A DNA stretch of 32,000 nucleotides from an uncultured Akkermansia sp. (GTDB lineage Bacteria > Verrucomicrobiota > Verrucomicrobiia > Opitutales > Opitutaceae): the NCBI GenBank assembly GCA_966250295.1, contig CBINGR010000003.1, positions 1-32,000 of the forward strand. The letters run 5' to 3'. Position 1 is the first letter of the stretch, and each line of letters starts with the position of its first letter. Below are positions 17,001 through 25,384 of this stretch, in pieces. The translations under genes were made by a program, and so were the position numbers. A model generated the notes under the pieces. It made no database searches and was not told where the DNA came from. It worked only from the letters and a program-made list of their open reading frames with translations.

Positions 17001-19207
17001 GCGCCCAACACGCCCCCTGGATCGTCGCCGCGCCGGTCCGTTTCATCGCCCGCTGCCTCTACCGGGTAAAAACTGTCGGCGTGGAGCGTCTGCCGCAGGG
17101 CGGGGCGCTGCTGCTGGCGAATCACCTTTCCTATGCCGACGCGGTGGCGCTGCAACTCGCCTGTCCGCGCCCGATCCGCTTCGTCGGGCATGAGAGCCTG
17201 CCGCGCAACTCGTGGTTTTTCCGTCTCGTGTTCCGCGTCACCGGCACCATTCCCGTCTCACCGGACAACGCCCTGGGCACGACGCGGCGCGTGGTCGAGT
17301 CCCTCCGGCGCGGTGACTACGTGCTGCTCTTCCCCGAGGGCGGACTTTCGCGCACCGGCCAGCTGATGAAGCTGGAGCGGGGTTTCGAGCTGATGGCGCG
17401 CAAAGCCGGCGTGCCCGTGGTCCCGGTATTTCACGACGGGCTGTGGGGCTCGATTTTTTCCTACTCCGGCCACCGCTACATCCTCAAGTGGCCGCGCGTC
17501 ATGCGCACCCACGTGGGAGTCGTCTGGGGCGAACCGATCCCGGCGGAGCGGGCCTCGGCCGAGGCCGTGCGGCGCGCCCTGCTGGATCTCGGCCATGAAG
17601 CCTTCCAGGAACGGCCGCATCTGAAGCGAAACCTCGGGCGCGAGGTGGTGCGGGCGCTGTGCCGCCGGCCCTGGCACATCGAGCTGGTGGATCGCACCGC
17701 GGCCCGCCGCGAGCTCACCGCCGCGCAACTGGTCGCGGCCGCCGCCGTGCTCGGGCGCCACCTTCGCGCGACGGTGAAGGAATCGCGCATCGGCATCGTG
17801 CTGCCTCCGGGTGCCGGCGCCACGCTGGCGAACCTCGCCGCCCTGATCGCGGGCAAGACTCCGGTGAACCTCAACTTCACCGCCGGCCGCGCCGCGCTCG
17901 AGGCCAGCCTGCGCACGGCCGGCATCCGCACCGTGCTGACTGCCGATGCGTTGCGCCCCAAGCTCGCGGAGTTTCCCTGGCCGGAGGACAGCCGCGATTT
18001 CGCCGCGACCATGCGGGCCGCCGGCGGAAAACGCGCCATGCTGCCCTGGCTGCTCGCGGCCTGGGTGCTGCCGAACCAGCTCACCGCCAGCCTGCTCGGC
18101 CTGTCCAGCGTCGGCGACCGCGCGGAGGCCGGATTGCTCTTCACCAGCGGCAGCGCCGGCGAGCCGAAGGGTGTCGTGCTCACCCATCGCAATCTCCTCG
18201 CCAACTGCTGGCAGATCTCGTCGCTCTCCATCCTGCCCCAGACCGCCTCGATGCTGGGCTGCCTGCCGATCTTCCACAGCTTCGGCTTCACCGCGACGAT
18301 CTGGTATCCCTTGCTGCGCGGCTGCCGCGTGGTCACCGTGCCCAGCCCGCTCGACACCCGGAAGATCATCGATGCCATCCGCGAGGAATCCTGCACGGTG
18401 TGGGTGGCGGCGCCGACCTTCGCCCGGCCGGTGTTGAAAAAAGCCGAGCCGCGCGACTTGCGCACGCTGGAGGTGCTGGTCACCGGCGCGGAAAAGCTGC
18501 CCGAGGACCTCGCGCAGTTCTCGCGGGAGAAATTCAACCTCGAGATCATGCAGGGCTACGGCCTGACCGAAACCTCGCCGGTCACGGGGGTGAACCAGCC
18601 CGATCCGCCGGTCGTCACCGGCACGGGCGGCCCTCAGGCCGGGCAGCGGCCCGGCACCGTCGGCCGCCTGATGCCCGGCATGACGGCCCGCGTGCTCGAT
18701 CCCGACACGATGGCCGAACGCCCCGCCACCGAGACCGGCCTCGTGGTGTTGCGCGGGGACAATATCTTCGGCGGCTACCTGAACCAGCCGGAGAAGACCG
18801 CGGCGGCCTTCCATGACGGCTGGTTCGTCACCGGCGACCTCGGGCGCTTCGACGAGGACGGTTTCCTGCGCATCGAGGGCCGCCTGTCGCGTTTTTCCAA
18901 GATCGGCGGCGAGATGGTGCCCCACGGCACGGTGGAGCAGAAGATCCTCGAGACCTTCGGCCTGGCGGGCGCAGACGGCTATGTCATCTTCGTGGCCGGG
19001 GTCCCCGATCCCGCCAAGGGCGAGCAACTCGTGCTGCTCACCACGCGCGATGAGGTCACGGCCGACGCGCTCCGGGAAAAACTTTCCGCCGCCGGCGTCA
19101 CCAATCTTTGGATACCGAAGGTGGTCAGGAAGGTGGATGCGATCCCCGTCCTCGGCACCGGCAAGATCGATCTCAAGGCCGCCAGGGCCCTGGCGACGGC
19201 GGGCTGA
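16997..19207 (+). CDS. bifunctional PlsC-type acyltransferase / acyl-ACP (AMP-forming) synthetase, Aas-like (736 aa)
   Basis: ATG 16997 overlaps the upstream stop (ATGA). Motifs seen: HX4D in ANHLSYADAV, FPEGGLSRTG, AMP-binding LFTSGSAGEPKGVVLTHRNL, GYGLTETSP and TGDLGRFDEDGFLRIEGRLSRFSKIGGEMV. The domain order matches E. coli Aas. The 16793 start in the ORF track lies inside the upstream gene. Confidence 0.85.
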   Translation: MSAQHAPWIVAAPVRFIARCLYRVKTVGVERLPQGGALLLANHLSYADAVALQLACPRPIRFVGHESLPRNSWFFRLVFRVTGTIPVSPDNALGTTRRVVESLRRGDYVLLFPEGGLSRTGQLMKLERGFELMARKAGVPVVPVFHDGLWGSIFSYSGHRYILKWPRVMRTHVGVVWGEPIPAERASAEAVRRALLDLGHEAFQERPHLKRNLGREVVRALCRRPWHIELVDRTAARRELTAAQLVAAAAVLGRHLRATVKESRIGIVLPPGAGATLANLAALIAGKTPVNLNFTAGRAALEASLRTAGIRTVLTADALRPKLAEFPWPEDSRDFAATMRAAGGKRAMLPWLLAAWVLPNQLTASLLGLSSVGDRAEAGLLFTSGSAGEPKGVVLTHRNLLANCWQISSLSILPQTASMLGCLPIFHSFGFTATIWYPLLRGCRVVTVPSPLDTRKIIDAIREESCTVWVAAPTFARPVLKKAEPRDLRTLEVLVTGAEKLPEDLAQFSREKFNLEIMQGYGLTETSPVTGVNQPDPPVVTGTGGPQAGQRPGTVGRLMPGMTARVLDPDTMAERPATETGLVVLRGDNIFGGYLNQPEKTAAAFHDGWFVTGDLGRFDEDGFLRIEGRLSRFSKIGGEMVPHGTVEQKILETFGLAGADGYVIFVAGVPDPAKGEQLVLLTTRDEVTADALREKLSAAGVTNLWIPKVVRKVDAIPVLGTGKIDLKAARALATAG

Positions 19208-19217
19208 TCGAAGAATA

Positions 19218-19268
19218 GCGGGGAGCACCCGCGACCCGTTCCGATTCCGGGCCGCGGGCGCTCCCCGC
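19218..19268. repeat. GC-rich hairpin/palindromic element downstream of the Aas-like gene
   Basis: gcggggagcacccgcg (19218-19233) pairs with cgcgggcgctccccgc (19253-19268): 16 bp, 1 mismatch, 19-nt loop, no T-tract. It shares a 15-nt core with the element at 11503-11517. Confidence 0.65.
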
Positions 19269-19296
19269 CACACGCTCCAGCCCAGCTCGTTTGCCC

Positions 19297-19328
19297 CTCA
19301 CTCCCTCACTCTCTCATTCCCTCACTCC
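19297..19328 (+). repeat. four tandem 8-mers (CTCACTCC-like) within a polypyrimidine leader
   Basis: ctcactcc / ctcactct / ctcattcc / ctcactcc occupy 19297-19328 back to back. The almost pure pyrimidine tract continues to the ATG at 19346. Confidence 0.8.
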
Positions 19329-19345
19329 CTTCTGCCTCCTCCGCC

Positions 19346-20341
19346 ATGCGCATCGACTGCCACGTTCACGCCGTCGGCACCGGCAAAAACGGCTCCGGCT
19401 GCTGGTATCGGCCGCGCGGGTTCACGCGCATCGGCGAGCCGATCTTGCTGCGTTCCATGGGCCTGCCGGCCTCGGCCCTGCAGGAGGATTTCGAGGCGGT
19501 CTACGAGCGGGCCTTGCTCGCGCAAGTCCGCGCCTCCGGGCTCGATGCGGCCGTGATCCTCGCCCACGAGGAGCCCTACCGCGACGACGGCACGCTGATC
19601 GCCGACACGGGCTCCTTCTACGTGCCCAACGATTACGTCCTCGGGCTGGCCCGCCGGCATTCCGAGTTTCTGCCTGCGGTTTCGATTCATCCCGCGCGGC
19701 GCGACGCCCTGGACGAGTTGGAACGCTGCCTGGCGGACGGCGCCGTCATGCTCAAGTGCCTCCCGAATTGCCAGAACATGGACTGGAACGAGCGCCGCTA
19801 CCGGCCGTTCCTGGAACGCATGGCCGAGGCGGGACTTATCCTGCTGGCGCATACCGGCAGCGAGCGGACCATGCCGGTGCTGCGTCCCGATCTTGCCAGC
19901 CCCCGCGTGCTGACGCAGGCGCTGGAGGTGGGGGTGACCTGCATTGCGGCACATTGCGGCACGGGCATGATCGCGCTCGACCCGGACTATTTCGGCGAGT
20001 TTGTCGCGATGACAAAACGCTACCCGCGGCTTTACGGCGACAACAGCGCCCTGGCCGGCCTGAGCCTCCGTTTCCGGCCCTGGCAGCTGCGGGCGATCCG
20101 CGAGGACGAGGAGCTGGCGGCGCGTATCCTCTACGGCAGCGATTTGCCCGTGCCGAGCAGCGGCCTGATAATGGCGGCCCTAGGTATGATCGGATGGAGC
20201 GATTATGCGGCCTCGCGCCGGCACACCGTATCGATGGCCCGCGACTTGATGCTGAAGCGCGCACTGGGCTTTCCCGAAACCAGCGAAACGCGGCTCGCGG
20301 GCCTGCTCAGGCCTACGCCGGGTCTCGCGAGACCTAGGTGA
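19346..20341 (+). CDS. amidohydrolase-superfamily (TIM-barrel metal-dependent hydrolase) protein
   Basis: N-terminal MRIDCHVHAV (HxH metal motif), internal LLAHTGSE and CIAAHCG, and C-terminal YGSDLP (Asp ligand region). Confidence 0.7.
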   Translation: MRIDCHVHAVGTGKNGSGCWYRPRGFTRIGEPILLRSMGLPASALQEDFEAVYERALLAQVRASGLDAAVILAHEEPYRDDGTLIADTGSFYVPNDYVLGLARRHSEFLPAVSIHPARRDALDELERCLADGAVMLKCLPNCQNMDWNERRYRPFLERMAEAGLILLAHTGSERTMPVLRPDLASPRVLTQALEVGVTCIAAHCGTGMIALDPDYFGEFVAMTKRYPRLYGDNSALAGLSLRFRPWQLRAIREDEELAARILYGSDLPVPSSGLIMAALGMIGWSDYAASRRHTVSMARDLMLKRALGFPETSETRLAGLLRPTPGLARPR

Positions 20342-20430
20342 GCGGCAGGAGACGGTCTACCGGGAATCGCCGGCTCCGCTCTTGTTGCATTTCGCATCCG
20401 GCTTACTTTGCTGCTCCGCCGTATCATCGC

Positions 20431-20958
20431 ATGGCCACGCCCACCGTCATCCCCGTTACCGTCAAGGGCGTCATGCCCACCGCCAATGGTTGCGCCGTTT
20501 TCCTCGGCGACGACGCCAAGACCTTCGTGATCTACGTCGATCACGCGGTGGGCAACGCGATCCAGATGTCGCTGGACGGCGTGAAGAAGGACCGCCCGCT
20601 CACTCACGATCTCATCGGCCACATCCTGGCCGGCCTGGGCGCCACACTCGAGCACGTGGTTATCAACGACGTCAACGAGGGTACCTTTTACGCGCGCATT
20701 CTCATCAAGATGCGCAACGAGCTCGGTCAGAAGATCGTCGAACTCGACGCTCGTCCGAGCGACAGCACCGTACTCGCCCTCTCTCATAAGCGGCCCATCC
20801 TGGTCGCCAGGAAAGTTTACGATGCCGTGGAGGACATGTCGGAAATCCTCGAGCGCGTGCTGCGCCAGCAGGCCGAGGCCGCCGAGCAGTCGACGGAGGA
20901 GGATGAGGACGATCCGGACGCGGACCCCGACGTCGACGAGGACGAGGACAAAAAGTAA
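20431..20958 (+). CDS. bifunctional nuclease family protein (BFN/DUF151) with acidic C-terminal tail
   Basis: From ATG 20431: VIPVTVKGVMPTANGCAVFLGDD...FVIYVDHAVGNAI...DRPLTHDLI...ARPSDSTVLAL matches the DUF151 layout. The tail reads EEDEDDPDADPDVDEDEDKK. The GTG 20338 extension is Arg/Cys-rich and unlike this family. Confidence 0.75.
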   Translation: MATPTVIPVTVKGVMPTANGCAVFLGDDAKTFVIYVDHAVGNAIQMSLDGVKKDRPLTHDLIGHILAGLGATLEHVVINDVNEGTFYARILIKMRNELGQKIVELDARPSDSTVLALSHKRPILVARKVYDAVEDMSEILERVLRQQAEAAEQSTEEDEDDPDADPDVDEDEDKK

Positions 20959-21004
20959 GCGGCCGACATCCGCCGTAGTCCTGGGATTTCCGTATCTTAT
21001 TTCC

Positions 21005-22105
21005 GTGCCTGCACTTCCGTCTCCGCATGTCCCCGGCCAGCCGCTGACCGCGCTTGCGCCGATGCAGGACGTTACCGATCTGGCTTTCATGGGCCTGATC
21101 GCCCGTTACGGCGCGCCGGATTACTACGTCACCGAGTTTTTTCGCGTGCATGGCCAGTCGCGGCCCGAGGCGCACATCCTTCGCTCGATCGACGAAAACG
21201 CCACCGGCCGACCGGTCTTCGCCCAGCTCATCGGCGAGGACATCCCGCACCTCGAACGCACGGTCGCCCTCCTGCTCGAGCACCCGGTGGCCGGCATCGA
21301 CCTGAACCTGGGCTGCCCGGCCCCCAAAGTTTATAAGAAAAATGTCGGCGGTGGTCTGCTCCGCGATCCGGAACACGTGGATGCCATCCTCGGAGCCCTG
21401 CGCGCCTGCGTGCCTGGGCTTTTCACGGTGAAGATGCGCATCGGTTTCGAGGACACTCGCCACTTCGATCGCATCCTCGCCTCCGTGGCGCGTCACGGCG
21501 TCGACCTGCTCACCGTTCACGGCCGCACCGTGAAGGAGATGTATCGTAGCGAAGTACACTACGATGAGATCGCCCGTGCAGTCCGCGCCGTGCCCTGCCC
21601 GGTGATCGCGAACGGCAACGTCACCAGCGCCGCAGCCGGCGCCCGCATTCTCGCCCAGACGGGAGCGGCCGGCCTGATGTGCGGCCGCCACGCGATTCGC
21701 AACCCATGGATTTTTCGCCAGATCCGCGAGCACCTGGCAGGCCTGCCGGTCTTCGCCCCGACACTCGGCGACGTGCATGGCTACGTTCACGCCCTTTACC
21801 GGGCTACCGCGGTCGGCTTTCATGACCGGCCCATCGGAGACGCCGTCGCAGTCGAGCGCGCTCACGTGGCCCGCATGAAAAAATTCCTTAACTTCGTCGG
21901 CCAGTCCGTCGATCCCACGGGTGCCTTCCTCCACGACATGCGCCGTGCCATGACCGAAGCCGAGCTCTTTGCCGTCTGCGAGCGGCACCTGCTCGCGCGG
22001 GCCGACCGGCCTTTCGCCCCCGAGCCTTATCCGGGCGTGGTTGCCCGTCCCAACTGCGAAACGCCCGACGCCGACGGCTGCTCCCTGGCCAGCGTCACGG
22101 CGTGA
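21005..22105 (+). CDS. tRNA-dihydrouridine synthase (Dus family)
   Basis: LAPMQDVTDLAFM, IDLNLGCPAPKV, TVHGRT and ANGNV motifs. The start is uncertain: GTG 21005 was chosen because the first in-frame ATG (21062) lies inside the conserved LAPM motif. Confidence 0.85.
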   Translation: MPALPSPHVPGQPLTALAPMQDVTDLAFMGLIARYGAPDYYVTEFFRVHGQSRPEAHILRSIDENATGRPVFAQLIGEDIPHLERTVALLLEHPVAGIDLNLGCPAPKVYKKNVGGGLLRDPEHVDAILGALRACVPGLFTVKMRIGFEDTRHFDRILASVARHGVDLLTVHGRTVKEMYRSEVHYDEIARAVRAVPCPVIANGNVTSAAAGARILAQTGAAGLMCGRHAIRNPWIFRQIREHLAGLPVFAPTLGDVHGYVHALYRATAVGFHDRPIGDAVAVERAHVARMKKFLNFVGQSVDPTGAFLHDMRRAMTEAELFAVCERHLLARADRPFAPEPYPGVVARPNCETPDADGCSLASVTA

Positions 22106-22110
22106 ATGGC

Positions 22111-22226
22111 ACCGCAGATTACGCAGATGACCGCAGATGCCGGAAACGGTATCTGGCGGAGACCTGAGGAAATACCGGCCCATTTTCAGTATCCTCCTCT
22201 ATCTGCGCTTTCTACATCATCTGCGG
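22111..22226. repeat. inverted arrays of phased 7-mers (CGCAGAT x3 / ATCTGCG x2 plus one degenerate copy)
   Basis: cgcagat at 22113, 22122 and 22132. atctgcg at 22201 and 22219, with a degenerate copy near 22211. The central spacer is about 60 nt. Confidence 0.75.
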
Positions 22227-22306
22227 TTAATGGAGGCATCTTTCGTTATCACTTTTCCCTTGGCTACTGGGCTAATCTTATAAATGTTTATTAATTTACT
22301 CAACAT

Positions 22307-22933
22307 ATGAGCGATGCCGCGAACCTTCACCCGATCTTCGACCGAGTGCTGCCGCGGGTGGACAAGGAAGCGCGTCTCGGCCAGCGCGGGCAGGTCATCT
22401 GGCTCTATGGCCTGTCAGGTTCGGGCAAAAGCACCTTGGCCATCGCCCTGGAACGCCGCCTGCATGCGGAAGGTTTTTTTACACAGCTTCTTGATGGAGA
22501 TAACATCCGCACCGGCCTGAACCGTGGGCTGGGTTTTTCCGACGCCGATCGCGCGGAAAACATCCGCCGTATCGCCGAGGTGGCCAAGCTCCATGCGCAT
22601 GCCGGGTTGGTCACGCTGTGCTCCTTCATCACGCCGCTGCGTTCGTTGCGCACTTTGGCGCGCGAGATCATCGGCGAGGCGGACCTGCTGGAAGTTTACG
22701 TAAAGGCGAGTTTCGAGACCTGCGCGCGGCGCGACCCGAAAGGCCTTTACGCCAAGGCCGCCGTCGGCGGGGTGGGGCAGTTCACCGGCAAGGATTCGTC
22801 CTTCGAGGAGCCGGCGTCCGACGATACCGCCACGCTGATCCTCGACACCGAAGCCGCCCCGCCCGAGTCCTGCCTCGCCACCCTCCACACCGCCGTGCTG
22901 CCGCGCATCCGCCTTTCCGCCTCCGCCCGCTGA
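22307..22933 (+). CDS. cysC: adenylylsulfate (APS) kinase
   Basis: VIWLYGLSGSGKSTLA P-loop, LLDGDNIRTGLNRGLGFSDADRAENIRR and FITPL motifs. It is a stand-alone gene, not fused to cysN. Confidence 0.9.
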   Translation: MSDAANLHPIFDRVLPRVDKEARLGQRGQVIWLYGLSGSGKSTLAIALERRLHAEGFFTQLLDGDNIRTGLNRGLGFSDADRAENIRRIAEVAKLHAHAGLVTLCSFITPLRSLRTLAREIIGEADLLEVYVKASFETCARRDPKGLYAKAAVGGVGQFTGKDSSFEEPASDDTATLILDTEAAPPESCLATLHTAVLPRIRLSASAR

Positions 22934-22973
22934 TCATTGGGCATTGGTCATCCGTCTTTGCTCATTTTCAATC

Positions 22974-23879
22974 ATGTCCTCCTACAATCTCACCCACTTG
23001 GCCCAGCTCGAGCATGAGGCGATCTTCGTGCTCCGTGAAGTCGCCGCGCAGTTCGAGCGTCCGGCGCTCCTGTTTTCGGGTGGCAAGGATTCCATTGTGA
23101 TGGCCCGCCTCGCCCAGCGCGCCTTCGCTCCCGCCAGGATCCCGTTCCCGCTCGTTCACATCGATACCGGCCACAACTTCCCCGAGGCCATCGAGTATCG
23201 CGACTGGTTCGCCGAGGATATCGGCGCCCGCCTCGTCGTCCGCTACGTCGAGGACTCCATCAAGGCCGGCCGCTGCCAGGAGGAAAAGGGACCGAATCCC
23301 TCGCGCAACGGCCTCCAGACCGTGACCCTGCTCGATACCATCGAGGAGTTCAAATTCGACGCCTGTCTCGGCGGCGCCCGCCGCGACGAGGAAAAAGCCC
23401 GCGCCAAGGAGCGCTTCTTTTCCCACCGCGACGAGTTCGGCCAGTGGGACCCGAAGAACCAGCGTCCCGAGCTTTGGAACCTCTTCAACGGACGCAAAAA
23501 TCTCGGCGAACACTTCCGCGTCTTCCCGCTTTCCAACTGGACCGAGATGGATGTCTGGCAATACATCGCCCGGGAAAATCTCCGGATCCCCTCGATCTAT
23601 TTCAGCCACACGCGCCGCGTCGTGAATCGCAATGGCGTGCTCCTCGCCGAGTCGCCTTATATTACGCTGCTCGAAGGCGAGCAGTATGAAGAACGCGTCG
23701 TGCGCTACCGCACCGTGGGCGACAGCACCTGCACCGGTGCGGTCGAGTCCCCCGCGAGCACCTTGGGCGAGGTCATCCAGGAAGTCGCCTCCGCCCGCGT
23801 TACCGAGCGCGGCACCCGCGCCGACGACAAACGCTCCGAAAGCGCCATGGAAGACCGCAAGAAGGCGGGGTATTTCTAA
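22974..23879 (+). CDS. cysD: sulfate adenylyltransferase subunit 2
   Basis: From ATG 22974: LTHLAQLEHEAIFVLREVAAQFERPALLFSGGKDSIVM (PAPS-reductase-like SGGKDS loop), HIDTGHNFPE and the C-terminus KKAGYF. Confidence 0.92.
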   Translation: MSSYNLTHLAQLEHEAIFVLREVAAQFERPALLFSGGKDSIVMARLAQRAFAPARIPFPLVHIDTGHNFPEAIEYRDWFAEDIGARLVVRYVEDSIKAGRCQEEKGPNPSRNGLQTVTLLDTIEEFKFDACLGGARRDEEKARAKERFFSHRDEFGQWDPKNQRPELWNLFNGRKNLGEHFRVFPLSNWTEMDVWQYIARENLRIPSIYFSHTRRVVNRNGVLLAESPYITLLEGEQYEERVVRYRTVGDSTCTGAVESPASTLGEVIQEVASARVTERGTRADDKRSESAMEDRKKAGYF

Positions 23880-23916
23880 AGCGCCCGCTGCCTTCCGATC
23901 CTTTTCAAGCCATTAA

Positions 23917-24012
23917 CGCAAAATCCGCGAAGCCCAGCCCGCAAAGAACGCAAAGTTTTCCGATTTTGAAAGCCAGCCTCCGGTCTTCTTCGCGTCCTTC
24001 GCGATCTTTGCG
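23917..24012. repeat. inverted arrays of phased 7-mers (CGCRAAG x4 / CTTYGCG x3) between cysD and cysN
   Basis: cgcaaaa at 23917, cgcgaag at 23926, cgcaaag at 23940 and cgcaaag at 23949. cttcgcg at 23988, cttcgcg at 23997 and ctttgcg at 24006, with exactly 9-bp spacing on the right arm. Confidence 0.75.
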
Positions 24013-24033
24013 TTAAAAAATCCGACCTTTAAA

Positions 24034-25383
24034 ATGTCCGCCTCCGCTCCCGCTCCCGTTCACACCGACGAACACTACCTCTCCATGGACTTGCTGCGCT
24101 TCACCACCGCCGGGTCCGTGGACGACGGTAAATCCACCCTCATCGGCCGCCTCCTGTACGATTCCAAGGCCATCTTCGAGGATACCCTCGAAAACCTCGA
24201 GCGCGTCACCGAGCAACGCGGCGAGGAGAACCTCAATCTCGCCCTCCTTACCGACGGCCTTCGCGCCGAGCGCGAGCAGGGCATCACCATCGACGTCGCC
24301 TACCGCTACTTCGCCACGCCCAAGCGCAAGTTCATCATCGCCGACACCCCCGGCCACATCCAATACACGCGCAACATGGTGACCGGCGCCTCCACCGCCA
24401 ACCTCGCCATCATCCTCATCGATGCGCGCAAGGGCGTCATCGAGCAGACCTGCCGCCACTCCTTCATCGCCTCGCTCCTCGGCATTCCGCACCTCGTGGT
24501 TGCGGTGAATAAAATGGACCTCGTGGATTTTTCCGAGGCCCGTTTCAACGAGATCGTCGCGCAGTACTCCGAGTTCGCCTCCCGGTTGAATATCCCGGAT
24601 ATCAAGTTCATCCCCATCAGCGCGCTCCACGGCGACAACGTGGTCGAAAAATCCACCCGCACCCCCTGGTATCAGGGCGGCGCGTTGCTTTATACGCTCG
24701 AGACGGTTTATATCGGCAGCGATCTGAACCACATCGACCCGCGTTTCCCGCTCCAGACCGTCATCCGGCCCAACAGCGACGCGCACCACGATTTCCGCGG
24801 CTTCGCCGGTCGCATTGCCGGCGGCGTCTTCAAGCCCGGCGACGAGATCATCACGCTTCCCTCCGGCCTGCCCGCGAAGATCAAGAGCATCCACGGCCCC
24901 CAAGGCGAGGTGGCCGAGGCCTTCGCGCCTATGTCGGTCGCCATCACCCTCGACCGCGAGGTGGACAGCTCCCGCGGCGACCTCTTCGCCAAGCCCCACA
25001 ACCAGCCCACCGTCACCCAGGACATCGAGGCCATGGTGTGTTGGTTCTCGCCCAAGCCCCTCAACCCGGCCGGCAAATATATCCTCCGCCACACCACCCG
25101 CGAGACGAAGAGCGTCGTCAAGGCCGTGCGGTACAAAGTCGATATCAACACGCTCCACAAACAGGAGAACGACGTCGTCATTGGCATGAACGACATCGGC
25201 CGCATCCACGTCCGTACCGCTGTGCCTCTGATGATCGACCCTTACCGCCGCAACCGCACCACGGGCAGTTTTATCTTGGTGGACGAGTTTACCAACGCGA
25301 CTGTCGGCGCCGGTATGATTCTCTGGCCCGACGGCAGCGACCGTACCCAGTCCGAACAATTCGCCGACATGGGCGGATTGTGA
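24034..25383 (+). CDS. cysN: sulfate adenylyltransferase subunit 1 (GTPase)
   Basis: LRFTTAGSVDDGKSTLIGRLL G1 motif, DTPGH and NKMDL. The EF-Tu-like length is 449 aa, with no fused APS kinase domain. Confidence 0.92.
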   Translation: MSASAPAPVHTDEHYLSMDLLRFTTAGSVDDGKSTLIGRLLYDSKAIFEDTLENLERVTEQRGEENLNLALLTDGLRAEREQGITIDVAYRYFATPKRKFIIADTPGHIQYTRNMVTGASTANLAIILIDARKGVIEQTCRHSFIASLLGIPHLVVAVNKMDLVDFSEARFNEIVAQYSEFASRLNIPDIKFIPISALHGDNVVEKSTRTPWYQGGALLYTLETVYIGSDLNHIDPRFPLQTVIRPNSDAHHDFRGFAGRIAGGVFKPGDEIITLPSGLPAKIKSIHGPQGEVAEAFAPMSVAITLDREVDSSRGDLFAKPHNQPTVTQDIEAMVCWFSPKPLNPAGKYILRHTTRETKSVVKAVRYKVDINTLHKQENDVVIGMNDIGRIHVRTAVPLMIDPYRRNRTTGSFILVDEFTNATVGAGMILWPDGSDRTQSEQFADMGGL

Positions 25384-25384
25384 G

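Noticed and set aside
13287-19273. Long antisense or alternative ORFs across the MarR/DUF2339/Aas region (13287-14771 -, 14558-16423 +, 14993-15757 -, 17258-19273 -, 17476-18549 -, 17659-18816 +)
   Set aside because: All have high-GC shadow-ORF composition (Arg/Gly/Pro/Ala), no recognisable motifs, and full overlap with well-supported genes.
22106-22294. 62-aa ORF between dus and cysC
   Set aside because: It is composed largely of the CGCAGAT/ATCTGCG repeat element and an AT-rich promoter-like tract. It has no SD and atypical codon usage, so it is most likely a repeat-generated artefact.
22307-25383. cysC-cysD-cysN as evidence for a PAPS-dependent sulfation pathway linked to the exosortase or glycan loci
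   Set aside because: This is a standard sulfate-activation set. No sulfotransferase or cysH is in the window to discriminate assimilation from sulfation, and the loci are 11 kb apart with unrelated genes between them.
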